The notes beneath the pieces are model-generated. The model saw nothing but the letters and a program-made list of their open reading frames with translations, did no database searches and was not told the origin of the DNA. The position numbers and the translations under genes are program-made. Shown one piece after another: positions 1 to 10,381 of a stretch of 64,000 bases of DNA; position 1 is the first letter of the stretch; the number at the start of each line of letters is the position of its first letter. The stretch covers positions 14,502 to 78,501 of the forward strand of contig JAJRWI010000077.1 of assembly GCA_024276825.1 (NCBI GenBank), given 5' to 3'. The DNA comes from an archaeon (GTDB lineage Archaea > Asgardarchaeota > Thorarchaeia > Thorarchaeales > Thorarchaeaceae).

Positions 1-1
1 A

Positions 2-2779
2 CACAACTTTACTATTGACGTCATAGTATACGACATATCACGAACAAACGTAACTGTTGACGGTGCTGATTTAACATATCAGTGGTATATGCAATATGTA
101 GTAGATCAAAGTGGTACTCTGACAAACAACGGCAATGGATCATATTCGGTCACTCTCAATGCATATGATGCCCTGCCTTTGAGTCAATTGTATACTGTGA
201 CAATATCTGCAACCATGGCTGGTTCCACATCATCAAGCATTACTATCTTTGTGCGTATCAACTCCGTACCAAATGAGATAGTCCTAGAACAGAGTTTCTT
301 TGAGGTATATTATGCAGATGTGTTTGATGTACGATTCTATTGGAACAACACCTTGGATAACCAACCAATAACTTCTGCAGATTCAACAACTTACTATCTT
401 GCATCACTTGGTACTTATATCACAACAGGTGTAAATGAGGGCGAAGGCTGGTATCACTTTACAGTTGACACCCGGGCTCTGGAAATGAATACTGATGGGG
501 CAGCAGTTTATGTGATTCAAATAACTCATGCAAAAGATGGATACGCGCCACATGATATCACAACAGTCATCATTCTCGTCAGAGAGACCGATGCATCACT
601 TGTAGTGGACCCGATTGACAATGTCAACTGGTCAGACAGCTTCACAATCACCGCAAGTCTATATGATGACAGGCATGGTGACCTAATCTGGATTGGTGCA
701 CAGGTGACCGTTTCATATGGCACATATTCAGCTGTGATGACCAACAATCTGGATGGCACTTTCACAGTGGCAATAGACTCAGATGCTTGGTTTGCAGCAT
801 CAGCCATTCCATATAACCTGACATTCACCTATACTATCCCGAATTATGTTGATAGCACCAACTCATCATCAGTCATCATCGACCCGATTCCTGGTGTCAT
901 AAACAAGGATCCGACAACTGATGATCCAATAGTGGTGATTTGGGGTGATATGGTGACTGTGCGTGTGAGTGTCAATAACATCTATGGTGGTGGAAACACG
1001 CCGATAGATGACACAGCAGTCTACTATCTATGGAGTGGTTATGATACACTCCATCCAATGACCTTCTTGCCAAGCACCCATGACTACTATGTTGAGTTCA
1101 ACTCTAGTGAAGTTCCCTCAGGAAGCTATAACTTGATTGTACGTGTGATCAATGAGAACTTTACGATTCCAGATCTTCTAATCTCCGCAACCGTCAATCC
1201 AGTCAGCACAACTCTGATTGGTGATGTGAACTCCATAGTAGCGATTGTTGGTGTAGACCAGACTGCACGAGTCGTGCTCACATACTCAATGGTTGGTGGT
1301 ACACCGCTATCAGGTGCAACAGTCTACTATGACTGGGCTGGACTAACAAGAAATGGAATTCCAAGTGATGGGAACTATGTATGCGACTTTAATCCAAGTG
1401 AAACCACACTTGATGTTCCCGGAGTCTATGTCTTGACCTTCCATGCCGAGCTTCAGAACTATACAGCACAGACCTATAATGTGTCTCTCCATTTGATTGC
1501 ACAGACAGAGATTCAGGTCGAGAATCAAGTACTTCAGTCTGACCAGATTCTACGCCTGCACTTCAAGTATTATGATTTGACTAATGATCGCGAGGTGCCT
1601 GTATCAGCCATCATCAGTCTTACTTTGATTCTCCCGGATGGCAGCACAATGCCTGTAAACCTTGACAACCATGATACAAATGGATACTTTGTAGACATTG
1701 CAGCCACTGCAATTGGTGAAGAGAGCACAGATGCATATCCACTTTACATAATTGCCTTGGCAACTGGCTATCAGAATCACACTCAGACTGAATATCCCGA
1801 GAGCTTCACTGTTCTCATCATCGAACCTCAGATTGAGATTCCAGTACTTTCCAACTTCATTGGTCCCATTCCAAAGTCTTGGTTGATACTGGCAGGTGGA
1901 ATCAGCTTCATATTTCTCATTGGAATTGCTGGAGCAGTGGCCATACGCCGCATGAGGATTCCATACCAGATAAAGCAGATCAACAAGGCTCTAAAGGCAA
2001 TTGAGAACCAGAAGCGGGCAGAGGTAGAAGGAATCAAGAGCATGGGTCAGGTGATTGCAGAGCTGCTGGCTCCTGGTCTAGCAGAATTGAATCTACCTGC
2101 CCCAGTGATTGAGGTTGGTCCATCTGAAATATACGAGGAAGTCCTTGATGAGGAGACCGAGGGTCTGCTTGATGAACTAGATGCCCTCGAAGACATTGGC
2201 GAGGCAGAAGGAGCTCCTGAAGAGCCTATTGATTATGAGGCCGAACTTCAGGCTGAACTCGAGGCAGTGGAAGTTCCTGAGGAACCAACTGAGATTAAGC
2301 CAGAGGTTGAGGAAGCGGCAGAAGAGCCAGAGGTGGAAGAGCCCACTGAAGAGGTTGAAGCTGAACCTGAACCTGAGCCTGAAGCAGAGGTTGAAGCTGA
2401 GGCTGAAGAGAAACCCGAACCAGAGGCCAAAGCTGAAGCTGAATTGGAAGGTGAAGAAGCCCCTGTCGAACCTGCCATTGAACCAGAAGCTGAAGAGAGT
2501 GAAGACACAACTACTGAGGAACCTGACTCATTGGAAGAGGAACCAGTTTCTGAAGACTCCGAAGCAGACTCTGAAGAGCCAACTGACGAATCGTTTGAAG
2601 AAGATATGGCCGAGTCGACCGAGTCAACTGATATTGGCGAGTCACTCTCAAAGGAGGAGATCATTGAGCGTTTGCCACCAGAAATCAAGGAATCCATGAG
2701 TGTGGAGGAGTTGAAAGCGCTCACAAAGGAGGAACTCCTTGCCCTTCTCAAGTCACCTAAACAGGGAGGTGAGGAGTGA
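2..2779 (+). CDS. Receptor-like surface protein, 5'-truncated by the window edge. It has a beta-sandwich-rich ectodomain with many NxS/T sequons, a single TM (~1881-1950), a conserved juxtamembrane motif and a ~290-aa polyacidic E/P-rich cytoplasmic tail. It is a paralog of the 2822-9379 protein.
   Basis: The frame is open from nt 2, upstream of the annotated ATG at 89, so the N-terminus lies outside the window. A hydrophobic stretch LILAGGISFIFLIGIAGAVAI is followed by RRMRIPYQIKQINKALKAIENQKRAEVEGIKSMG. The tail is low-complexity E/P/A-rich. The ectodomain is collinear with the C-terminal 600 aa of the next protein's ectodomain. Confidence 0.8.
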   Translation, partial: HNFTIDVIVYDISRTNVTVDGADLTYQWYMQYVVDQSGTLTNNGNGSYSVTLNAYDALPLSQLYTVTISATMAGSTSSSITIFVRINSVPNEIVLEQSFFEVYYADVFDVRFYWNNTLDNQPITSADSTTYYLASLGTYITTGVNEGEGWYHFTVDTRALEMNTDGAAVYVIQITHAKDGYAPHDITTVIILVRETDASLVVDPIDNVNWSDSFTITASLYDDRHGDLIWIGAQVTVSYGTYSAVMTNNLDGTFTVAIDSDAWFAASAIPYNLTFTYTIPNYVDSTNSSSVIIDPIPGVINKDPTTDDPIVVIWGDMVTVRVSVNNIYGGGNTPIDDTAVYYLWSGYDTLHPMTFLPSTHDYYVEFNSSEVPSGSYNLIVRVINENFTIPDLLISATVNPVSTTLIGDVNSIVAIVGVDQTARVVLTYSMVGGTPLSGATVYYDWAGLTRNGIPSDGNYVCDFNPSETTLDVPGVYVLTFHAELQNYTAQTYNVSLHLIAQTEIQVENQVLQSDQILRLHFKYYDLTNDREVPVSAIISLTLILPDGSTMPVNLDNHDTNGYFVDIAATAIGEESTDAYPLYIIALATGYQNHTQTEYPESFTVLIIEPQIEIPVLSNFIGPIPKSWLILAGGISFIFLIGIAGAVAIRRMRIPYQIKQINKALKAIENQKRAEVEGIKSMGQVIAELLAPGLAELNLPAPVIEVGPSEIYEEVLDEETEGLLDELDALEDIGEAEGAPEEPIDYEAELQAELEAVEVPEEPTEIKPEVEEAAEEPEVEEPTEEVEAEPEPEPEAEVEAEAEEKPEPEAKAEAELEGEEAPVEPAIEPEAEESEDTTTEEPDSLEEEPVSEDSEADSEEPTDESFEEDMAESTESTDIGESLSKEEIIERLPPEIKESMSVEELKALTKEELLALLKSPKQGGEE

Positions 2780-2821
2780 ACAGGCTCACTCTTATCCCCA
2801 TTTTCTTATGGAGGCAATGAT

Positions 2822-5800
2822 ATGCTAACGATGCGGAGAAAGATACTACTTCTGTCATTTGTTCTCGTTTTCTTGTTGATTCCAGGATCCAACAATGCTA
2901 TCTTTGATACAGTCAGACAAGACCTTGCAGTGACGAATCACTCCACAATATCAGCAGATATTGAGGAGTCGACGCCTTGGTGGAACACAACATTCCATTA
3001 TAGAATGCATGTAAATCTCACCGACACGAACTCTACCACTCGTGTTGATGTTCCTACTCACGTGTGGCTGACCTTTGAGAACAATACCTGTTACAAGTAT
3101 TCCATCCGTGTTGTTGACAGTAACAATGTCGAGGTCCCATCTCAAGTATACAACTACACATATTGGGAAAACCCCAACTATGTGAAGAGTGCCACAGTCT
3201 TCTGGTACGCCAATATCAGCGCTGACAGCACTTCAGTCTACTGGGTCTATTTTTCAGAACTAACAACAATTGAACAGACAAACTATGACTCAGTCGTCTG
3301 GTTTGCTCGAACTACGGGGGCTCTCTCTGGAAAGTTCGATGTAAATTATTGGAGCTTTCGTGGGGAGTGGTACAATGTCACCATGTACAATGCAGCCGGT
3401 GGAAAGATCACTAATGGTGCCCACAAGAAGGCTGATGGAACTTGGGACTGGAACTGGGGCACCAATCGTGGAAGCATGCACTGGAATCCTGATGGTCTTG
3501 GAGGGCAGGCGACCTCTGCAACTCCTCCCATCTCAGGCACAACTTTTGTAAACATCAATGGTCCCCTCTTCATTAATTATACTACCCAGCTTCCATTTGG
3601 ATCTTATGCAAAATTGAATGTGACCTATACATTCTATAAATGGGGCTGGATCACTAGAATATACATCAAATACACTGCTTCTACTGGTGGTTCAGGGCGT
3701 ACTGATGAATGGGTGTTCTACCCTTACTTGACTATTGAGGGAATTGAGGTGGCCCCTGATGGAACCCAGACCTATTACAGTAACTGGGCCCCAAGTTCAA
3801 ACAAGGGTTTACCTGCAGGCTTTGGCTGGTGGAACAACAACGGCATTTCTCATGGCACTGTCAGAATCTTGCATGAGGCCTACAACATGCCAGCAGGTCA
3901 TGAGGATGACTTCAATAACTACTATTACAGATGGTGGGATACAAGCTCATATGAATTCTGGGACACATATCATCCAAGTGTGACTGTTCAGGCAGGTACT
4001 GTTCTTAAGGAAGAATGTGCTTTTGCAGTCTGGAACGGTGCAGAGGGCGAGGATGGCTACATGAGAGTGTTCAACGCCACTTCCCGATATCTGCCCATAT
4101 TTCGAGAAATAAGCAATGTGTCATCCTATTCATTCAGAATCAATGTGAAGGATCTTGGTGGAAACAATATCGAGGGAGCAAATGTCACGCTTCTCAATCC
4201 CATTACTGGTGCAAGACTGTACAAGCCAACTGGTGCACCCTATACCGATCTCACGGACTCAGATGGAAACGTCACCTTCATTGGTCTTCTCAATCAGACA
4301 TACCGAATCGATGTCTGGATTGATACAACAACATGGCTTACTCCTGAAGCTGGTGCTACAGGAATGAACGTGACCTGGAGCGGCACAGCTGTGGCCGATG
4401 GCCCATTTACACCAGTTTCAATCACGTTGGACCTCGCATCAATCACAATTCATCTGGATGATCTCGCTGGTGACCCCTTGGGCACAGTTGGCGCAGAAAC
4501 AGTCAAAGTCTGGATATACAATGCCAGCGATCCTTCAAGGGCGAACTGGAAGTACATGGACTATGAGACCACAGACTCATCTGGCGATCTCACATTCTAT
4601 AGACTGCCTAAATGCGATTGGTTGTTCAACTTCACCTATAGCAACACCGATACTGGTCATATATACACAAAAGCGGACTTTGGTCTTTACGTGTCGCATA
4701 ACATTGATGAGAGTCTGATAACTGATGATCTCACACGAAGCTGGGTGCTACCTCTCACAACCATTGACTTCTATGTGGAGGCTTATGATGGACAACCTGT
4801 AGAGAATACATATGTCAGAATCTCAAAAGCAGGCACAGCAGATCCCATAGCAACAGGAGTTACGGACTCCTATAACATCACCCATATGACAGATGCCAAT
4901 GGAAATGTCACCTTCTACCGAGTACTAAAGGGCAACTGGACAGTCGTTGTCTACAGAACTGATGACTATGGCCAGACTGCTTACAATACAAGTGAATATG
5001 TCTATGACACAACAGGTTATGCTTACAAGAAGATATCTATTCCTCTAACTTGGCTACGAATACGAGTTGTGGACAATAATAACAACCGAGTAACTGGCGC
5101 AAAGATCGATCTCTATGCTAATGGCGTTTTTCTTGTGACTGCCTATTCAGACAGTGCGGGTGAGTACAATTTTCATTGGATCAAAGCCAATGATACTTCA
5201 ATTGGATGGAGTTATACTGTTACTATTAGTAAGAACACAGCCCAAACTAGTGATTCGGTTTATGCTTCATATGACTATCTCCATTGGAACACTATTACAT
5301 TAACACCACCTGCTTATACTCAGAAATATACCGAACTCAACTGCACAGCCTCCGTATATTCATGGTATTATGCAGATAATGGGACATTCCAAATTGGCTG
5401 GTTCAATCGTACCAGCACAAGCCCATCAACGTGGGAAGACCAATCTTTGAATCAATCTGAGTACTTTGCAGGAACCATGAATTTCACAATATCTCATAAT
5501 GGTGTTGTGATTGGGTTCGGTGTGTGGAATTCTACCCACCATCTATATATCTCGCATTATACATCCGATGGGATATATTTCACAATTGCAATTGATACAT
5601 TACTTTTCAAAATGAATGCGAGCAATATACCCTATATTATAACAATAAAGGCTGAAACTCCCAATTATGATGCTCCTGAAGAATATACTGTGACCGTTGT
5701 TATCTCAGTGGCAAGTACTACTAGAAATGGAGCCACTTCATTGGAGGCATATTACCTTGATGGCTTTGCTGCATTATATTCATTGACAACAAATCCCTCT

Positions 5801-8800
5801 GGACGCGACGCTCTCAATCTGACTGATCTCGACTTTACGAACTATACAATTTATGACTCCGATAACAATATTATTTCAACAGGCAATCTCACCCATCTTG
5901 GCTCCGGCATCTATCGGTTCTCGGACTCCAACCTCAATACATCAGATGTTGGAAGCTATGAGATTGTAATCTGGCTTCATAAACTGAACTATATGAACCA
6001 TACTTTCACTTTAACAGTCACAATCAATGCAGTGCTAACTGAACTTGTCTGGACCACCGACCCATCTGATTATACTTGGGGCACAGGAATAAGTTTTGTA
6101 ACCCTTGAGTTTCGAGATACTGTTCATGGGGGAACGATATCTGGTGTGTCAGTGACGTATTCATGGATAGACGTTTCATCAGGGACAACTGTTCTCGTAG
6201 AGTCATCAAGTTCTCTGACATACTTGTATGCAAACAATATTGTTGCAAATGGCACATATCGAATCTATGCCTATGCCACCAAACAAAATTATCTCGCTGC
6301 TGATAGTACATCTGTTTCTTTTCTGGTTTCTCCCGCAAGTACAAGCATCTCGCTGAAATCATCCGACACAATAACTATTGAATGGGGCAGCGAATATGCA
6401 GAGTTTGACTTTGACTATGTTCAGGCACCTTTCACCGTAGCGGGCGCCTCTGTGATTAATATTGATTGGACTGGAGAATACAGTCTTGTTGATTATGACA
6501 ATGGAACTTACACATTGAGAATGCTTGCAGTTCAAGAAGCAGCAAACTATACAGTCACTTTCACGATGTGGATAGAAAATCGTACCAAGGCCTCAGAGAC
6601 CGTATATGTCAATGTGCTGATCCCATTGGATGTTTCATCATCTGAAGGGAAATCACTACAAGACCCAATTCAGGAGTACTGGACACGTTCATTCATGCTA
6701 CAAGTAATCGCTGGAGATCAATCCAATCAATCAGAATATGTTTCTGGAGTAATTGTCACTTACAACTTTCCAGCGGGTGGTATCTCTGGAACTTTCACAG
6801 AGAACGCCACTGGTCAATACTATTGGCTGGAGTTTCCAGCATCACTTGCTCCTGGTCCTGGAGTGTACGAGATTCAAGTGGAAGCAGCAAGAATTGGGTG
6901 CACAGGAACTTCTCTGTCAATTTACATTGAAGTTCTTCCAACTCCAACAAGGATAACCGCTCAGAATCAATTATTGACAGTCTACTATGCAGACTCTTAC
7001 CTACTCAATTTCAGCTGGTCAACAACTATTGATACTCCTGTTGGCATTGAAGGGCCAGATAATGTGCACATTGAACTATGGAAGAGCACGAGTCTTGTCA
7101 ATGGAAGTATTGCTGGTATTGTTGAGCTGGGCAATGGTGACTATCAATTCTTGATGGACACACGAATGCTTGGAATGACCGCAGACTCTCCTCTATTTCC
7201 AACTAGTTATTACTTTGTCATCACAATGAACAAACTTGGATACGAGGAGCCTCTTGCCGTCACAATAATCATTCTTGTCTTGCAGACTCCTACAGAGATG
7301 ACAGCAGATCCAATAGAGCCAGTCATCTGGTCGGAAGATTTCACAGTCAGAGTTCACATTCGCGATATAGTTCACAATGAGTATGTCTGGACTGATGCTT
7401 CAGTATACTTCATTTATGAGGACATTAATGTTACAATGACCTCTCTTGGTAATGGGACATTTGTACTGACTGGCGATTCTGCTGACTATTTCTCATCGTC
7501 AGACTTGCCTCACTCAGTTACTATCATCTATACATTACCAAACTACGTTGATGGACAGATTCAGGTGGAAGTGCAGATCAATCCAAAACCTGCCTATATT
7601 CTTAATCTACCGCTAGATGATACTTATGACTGGACTGACACAATCGATCTTACTCTGGATATTATTATCAATGGCACAACCACAAGACTTGAGGTTGACA
7701 GTTGCTACTTCTATTGGAAAGAGTACCCTGCAATAAATGGAACACTCGCATATGATTCAATATTCAACAGATATCTTGGTACGGTGAACACAAAACTAGT
7801 TCCAGCAGGTAACCTGACACTTGTGCTTGCAGCAGTCAAGGGCAACTACACAATTCCTGAGATTGAAATCTCACTGGAAATTAAGCCATTGCCTGCCAAG
7901 CTTAATTCAGTATCTGGTGATCTGCTAACTGTGATATATGGTCTTGATCAGTCAGCTCAGATTATTATGGCATATACACACGGAGACAATGATACTGTTC
8001 TGGAAGGTGCGAGAATCACCTTCATTTGGAATGGCCTTGAGCGTGAGGCTCTGTGGAGTGATGGTCAATACATCTTCGAGTTTAATCCATCATCTGACAC
8101 TTCACTTGAAGTTCCTGGTACTCTGGAACTTGTGTTTACTGCAGCACTTCAGAACTACACAACTGAAACTACCACAGTTCTAATGAGACTCGCTGCAAGA
8201 ACCGAAATTGTTGGCGGTCCCTATCGAGTCGAGTCTGAACAATATCTCAATCTTATCTTCAAGTATTGGGATGTTGTCAATGACAGACCCGTTGGGTCTG
8301 CAGCCACGGTTCAATACCAGATTGGAAACAACACCCCTGTCACGGTGACTGCAGAGCAGTTTGATGGAACTCAGTACATAATTCGTATACTTGCCGATGA
8401 CATCGGTGAAGTGAGCCCCGATCCCTATCAGATCCGGATATTTGCAAGCGCACCTGGCTATCAGAATTGGACCGTATTGGATGATCCTCAATACATCACA
8501 GTCTATGTAGACCCACCTACTGTCCAAATACCATTAATAGGCCTATCAATTGAGAGGTCTACGCTGTTTTTGGTTGGCGGAGTCAGTCTGCTGTTCATTC
8601 TTGGTATACTAGGTGCAATCGCAGTTCAACGCATGCGTATACCTTACCAGATTAAGCAGATTAACAAAGCACTGAAAGCTATTGAGAATGACAAGAAGGC
8701 CCGTGTTGAGGGCATCAAATCCATGGGCACTATCATCTGGGAGCTTCTTGAGCCTGGTCTAGCCACACTCAATATCACCCCTGATGTTCTTGGCGCAATC

Positions 8801-9379
8801 TTGGAAGCTCCCGTAGAAGAAGAGATTGCACTTGAAACTGAGGAACTCCTTGATGAGCTTGAGGCGCTTGAAGATATTGAGGCCGAACCAACTCGGGAAG
8901 ATGCTGCTTATGAGGAAGAATTGGTCGCCGAACTGGAAGAAGCAGTTGAAACCGCCGCGCAACCCGTAGAAGTCACAGGGCTGGTGGAAGAGCAGCCCGA
9001 AACCGGAAAGGCAGAGTTGATGCCAGAGGCTGAAGAAGAAACAACAGAAGAATCGGGGCCTGAAGAGGAACTCGAAGAAGATGAAGAAACTGACACTGGA
9101 GAACCTATTACCGAACCAGAACCCCCAGCTGATGAAGAGCCTAGCATGCCAGATGAAGAACCCATTGAAGATCTAAAGGACGACACAATCGAGCCTGACA
9201 TGGACGAAACTGAAGAGTCAGCGGGAAACATCGACCGGCCAGAAGAAGATGAATCTGTTGAATCCAATGATGAGGCGCCTGAGCCAGAATCGCAACTAGA
9301 TGAAGCCCCCTCTGATGACTCTGATGAATCATCTGGATCAACTGATCTTGTTGATGGAAATGGTGAAGGTGATGAATGA
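2822..9379 (+). CDS. Giant (2185 aa) secreted, membrane-anchored surface glycoprotein-like protein. It has a signal peptide, a DUF2341-like N-terminal region, multiple carboxypeptidase-regulatory/Ig-like beta-sandwich domains, a C-terminal TM (~8563-8628), a conserved juxtamembrane motif and a polyacidic tail.
   Basis: ATG at 2822 is preceded by GGAGG. The signal peptide is MLTMRRKILLLSFVLVFLLIPGSNNA. There are dozens of N-x-S/T sequons. The TM stretch is LFLVGGVSLLFILGILGAIAV, then QRMRIPYQIKQINKALKAIENDKKARVEGIKSMG, then a D/E/P-rich tail of about 290 aa. Confidence 0.85.
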   Translation: MLTMRRKILLLSFVLVFLLIPGSNNAIFDTVRQDLAVTNHSTISADIEESTPWWNTTFHYRMHVNLTDTNSTTRVDVPTHVWLTFENNTCYKYSIRVVDSNNVEVPSQVYNYTYWENPNYVKSATVFWYANISADSTSVYWVYFSELTTIEQTNYDSVVWFARTTGALSGKFDVNYWSFRGEWYNVTMYNAAGGKITNGAHKKADGTWDWNWGTNRGSMHWNPDGLGGQATSATPPISGTTFVNINGPLFINYTTQLPFGSYAKLNVTYTFYKWGWITRIYIKYTASTGGSGRTDEWVFYPYLTIEGIEVAPDGTQTYYSNWAPSSNKGLPAGFGWWNNNGISHGTVRILHEAYNMPAGHEDDFNNYYYRWWDTSSYEFWDTYHPSVTVQAGTVLKEECAFAVWNGAEGEDGYMRVFNATSRYLPIFREISNVSSYSFRINVKDLGGNNIEGANVTLLNPITGARLYKPTGAPYTDLTDSDGNVTFIGLLNQTYRIDVWIDTTTWLTPEAGATGMNVTWSGTAVADGPFTPVSITLDLASITIHLDDLAGDPLGTVGAETVKVWIYNASDPSRANWKYMDYETTDSSGDLTFYRLPKCDWLFNFTYSNTDTGHIYTKADFGLYVSHNIDESLITDDLTRSWVLPLTTIDFYVEAYDGQPVENTYVRISKAGTADPIATGVTDSYNITHMTDANGNVTFYRVLKGNWTVVVYRTDDYGQTAYNTSEYVYDTTGYAYKKISIPLTWLRIRVVDNNNNRVTGAKIDLYANGVFLVTAYSDSAGEYNFHWIKANDTSIGWSYTVTISKNTAQTSDSVYASYDYLHWNTITLTPPAYTQKYTELNCTASVYSWYYADNGTFQIGWFNRTSTSPSTWEDQSLNQSEYFAGTMNFTISHNGVVIGFGVWNSTHHLYISHYTSDGIYFTIAIDTLLFKMNASNIPYIITIKAETPNYDAPEEYTVTVVISVASTTRNGATSLEAYYLDGFAALYSLTTNPSGRDALNLTDLDFTNYTIYDSDNNIISTGNLTHLGSGIYRFSDSNLNTSDVGSYEIVIWLHKLNYMNHTFTLTVTINAVLTELVWTTDPSDYTWGTGISFVTLEFRDTVHGGTISGVSVTYSWIDVSSGTTVLVESSSSLTYLYANNIVANGTYRIYAYATKQNYLAADSTSVSFLVSPASTSISLKSSDTITIEWGSEYAEFDFDYVQAPFTVAGASVINIDWTGEYSLVDYDNGTYTLRMLAVQEAANYTVTFTMWIENRTKASETVYVNVLIPLDVSSSEGKSLQDPIQEYWTRSFMLQVIAGDQSNQSEYVSGVIVTYNFPAGGISGTFTENATGQYYWLEFPASLAPGPGVYEIQVEAARIGCTGTSLSIYIEVLPTPTRITAQNQLLTVYYADSYLLNFSWSTTIDTPVGIEGPDNVHIELWKSTSLVNGSIAGIVELGNGDYQFLMDTRMLGMTADSPLFPTSYYFVITMNKLGYEEPLAVTIIILVLQTPTEMTADPIEPVIWSEDFTVRVHIRDIVHNEYVWTDASVYFIYEDINVTMTSLGNGTFVLTGDSADYFSSSDLPHSVTIIYTLPNYVDGQIQVEVQINPKPAYILNLPLDDTYDWTDTIDLTLDIIINGTTTRLEVDSCYFYWKEYPAINGTLAYDSIFNRYLGTVNTKLVPAGNLTLVLAAVKGNYTIPEIEISLEIKPLPAKLNSVSGDLLTVIYGLDQSAQIIMAYTHGDNDTVLEGARITFIWNGLEREALWSDGQYIFEFNPSSDTSLEVPGTLELVFTAALQNYTTETTTVLMRLAARTEIVGGPYRVESEQYLNLIFKYWDVVNDRPVGSAATVQYQIGNNTPVTVTAEQFDGTQYIIRILADDIGEVSPDPYQIRIFASAPGYQNWTVLDDPQYITVYVDPPTVQIPLIGLSIERSTLFLVGGVSLLFILGILGAIAVQRMRIPYQIKQINKALKAIENDKKARVEGIKSMGTIIWELLEPGLATLNITPDVLGAILEAPVEEEIALETEELLDELEALEDIEAEPTREDAAYEEELVAELEEAVETAAQPVEVTGLVEEQPETGKAELMPEAEEETTEESGPEEELEEDEETDTGEPITEPEPPADEEPSMPDEEPIEDLKDDTIEPDMDETEESAGNIDRPEEDESVESNDEAPEPESQLDEAPSDDSDESSGSTDLVDGNGEGDE

Positions 9380-9498
9380 TTGAGAAAAGGCGATAGGTCA
9401 ACCATAGACAGGCAATGCTCATATTCATTCTGGCATCTGTATATCATGAAGCCATATCGCCAGTTCCCAACCTGCTGGACATTGGACGGTGATCAAAT

Positions 9499-10380
9499 AT
9501 GATTAGAGAGATTCATGTCTTTAAGGATGGCGAGACTCTGTTCGAGGATGTCATTGTGCCCAACAAAGACCTAGACACAAAAGCAGTAATGATGCTTGTT
9601 TCCTCATCCTGCAAGAAACTGCAAGAGTGGAAAATTGACAGCATGGAGATTGAACGCTTTCGATATGTATACATGAACAGTCATGATACACAATTCATCA
9701 TCACTATGGACCGCCAGGCCTCATTAATGAAGGTTCACGAGGCAATGACATCTGCTGTATCAAAATTCATGACTGCCTTTGAGAGTGTTCTGGAAACTGA
9801 TGAATGGAAATCAACTGACTTTTCACCCTTCAAGGATGGCTTTAGAAGGATTGTCAGTAGGATTCCAGTGAAAGTCTGTCTTGCAGGTCATGGTGGTACC
9901 GGTAAAACAACTCTTCTTGAGCTTGCCACAATGCCATCGCAAGGGCCACCTCAAGAGTATGTGCCAACTTTCTTTGGCGATAAGGCTCTATTAAAGGCAG
10001 ACTTTGATCCATATGTGTTCAGCATGTTTGACCTTGGTGGCCAAGACCGTTTCGTACAAGAATGGGGCAAGATAATTCGGGCTGGTTCTCTTGTTGTGAT
10101 TGTGACAGACTCTACTACTGAGAACTTGGCATGGACCAAGAGAGTCGCTTACCCCGTTCTAAAGAACGAGTTACCTTATGCACGGGCAATAGCAATAGCA
10201 AACAAGCAGGATCTTCCTGGAGCTCTATCGCCTCAAGAGGTGAGCAGGAAGCTGGGAGTACCGGCGTACGGCATGCAGGCAAATAAGATGGACTTTAGAG
10301 ATCGATGGTTGAAACTGCTAAGAGGGTTGGCTTTTGAAACCCTTGATTTTGCAGTAGTAGGAGAAATAGAGGTGGAATAA
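9499..10380 (+). CDS. Roadblock/LC7-like N-terminal domain fused to an Arf-like (Arf/Arl-type) small GTPase.
   Basis: Residues 1-110 predict an alpha-beta-beta-alpha-beta-alpha roadblock-like fold. The GTPase motifs are G1 GHGGTGKTT, a switch I Thr in YVPTFFG, G3 FDLGGQDRF and G4 IANKQDLPGA. The DxGGQ + NKQDLP.A pair is the Arf-family signature. Confidence 0.8.
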   Translation: MIREIHVFKDGETLFEDVIVPNKDLDTKAVMMLVSSSCKKLQEWKIDSMEIERFRYVYMNSHDTQFIITMDRQASLMKVHEAMTSAVSKFMTAFESVLETDEWKSTDFSPFKDGFRRIVSRIPVKVCLAGHGGTGKTTLLELATMPSQGPPQEYVPTFFGDKALLKADFDPYVFSMFDLGGQDRFVQEWGKIIRAGSLVVIVTDSTTENLAWTKRVAYPVLKNELPYARAIAIANKQDLPGALSPQEVSRKLGVPAYGMQANKMDFRDRWLKLLRGLAFETLDFAVVGEIEVE

Positions 10381-10381
10381 G

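Noticed and set aside
2248-2751. 167-aa Ser-rich ORF on the minus strand, and a K/R/L-rich ORF at 2181-2699 on the plus strand, inside the first acidic tail.
   Set aside because: They are antisense or alternate-frame translations of the low-complexity GAA/GAG/CCT-rich tail region. Such repeats always produce long spurious ORFs. There are no independent start signals.
2100-2760. Periodic GAA/GAG/CCT-rich DNA could be mistaken for a tandem-repeat or CRISPR-like array.
   Set aside because: There are no constant-length direct repeats with unique spacers. It is coding low-complexity sequence (EPEPEAEVEAEAEE...) kept in frame within both receptor tails.
8908-9447. 179-aa Ser-rich ORF, and a 95-aa ORF at 9141-9428, antisense to the second acidic tail.
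   Set aside because: The same low-complexity antisense artefact as at 2248-2751.
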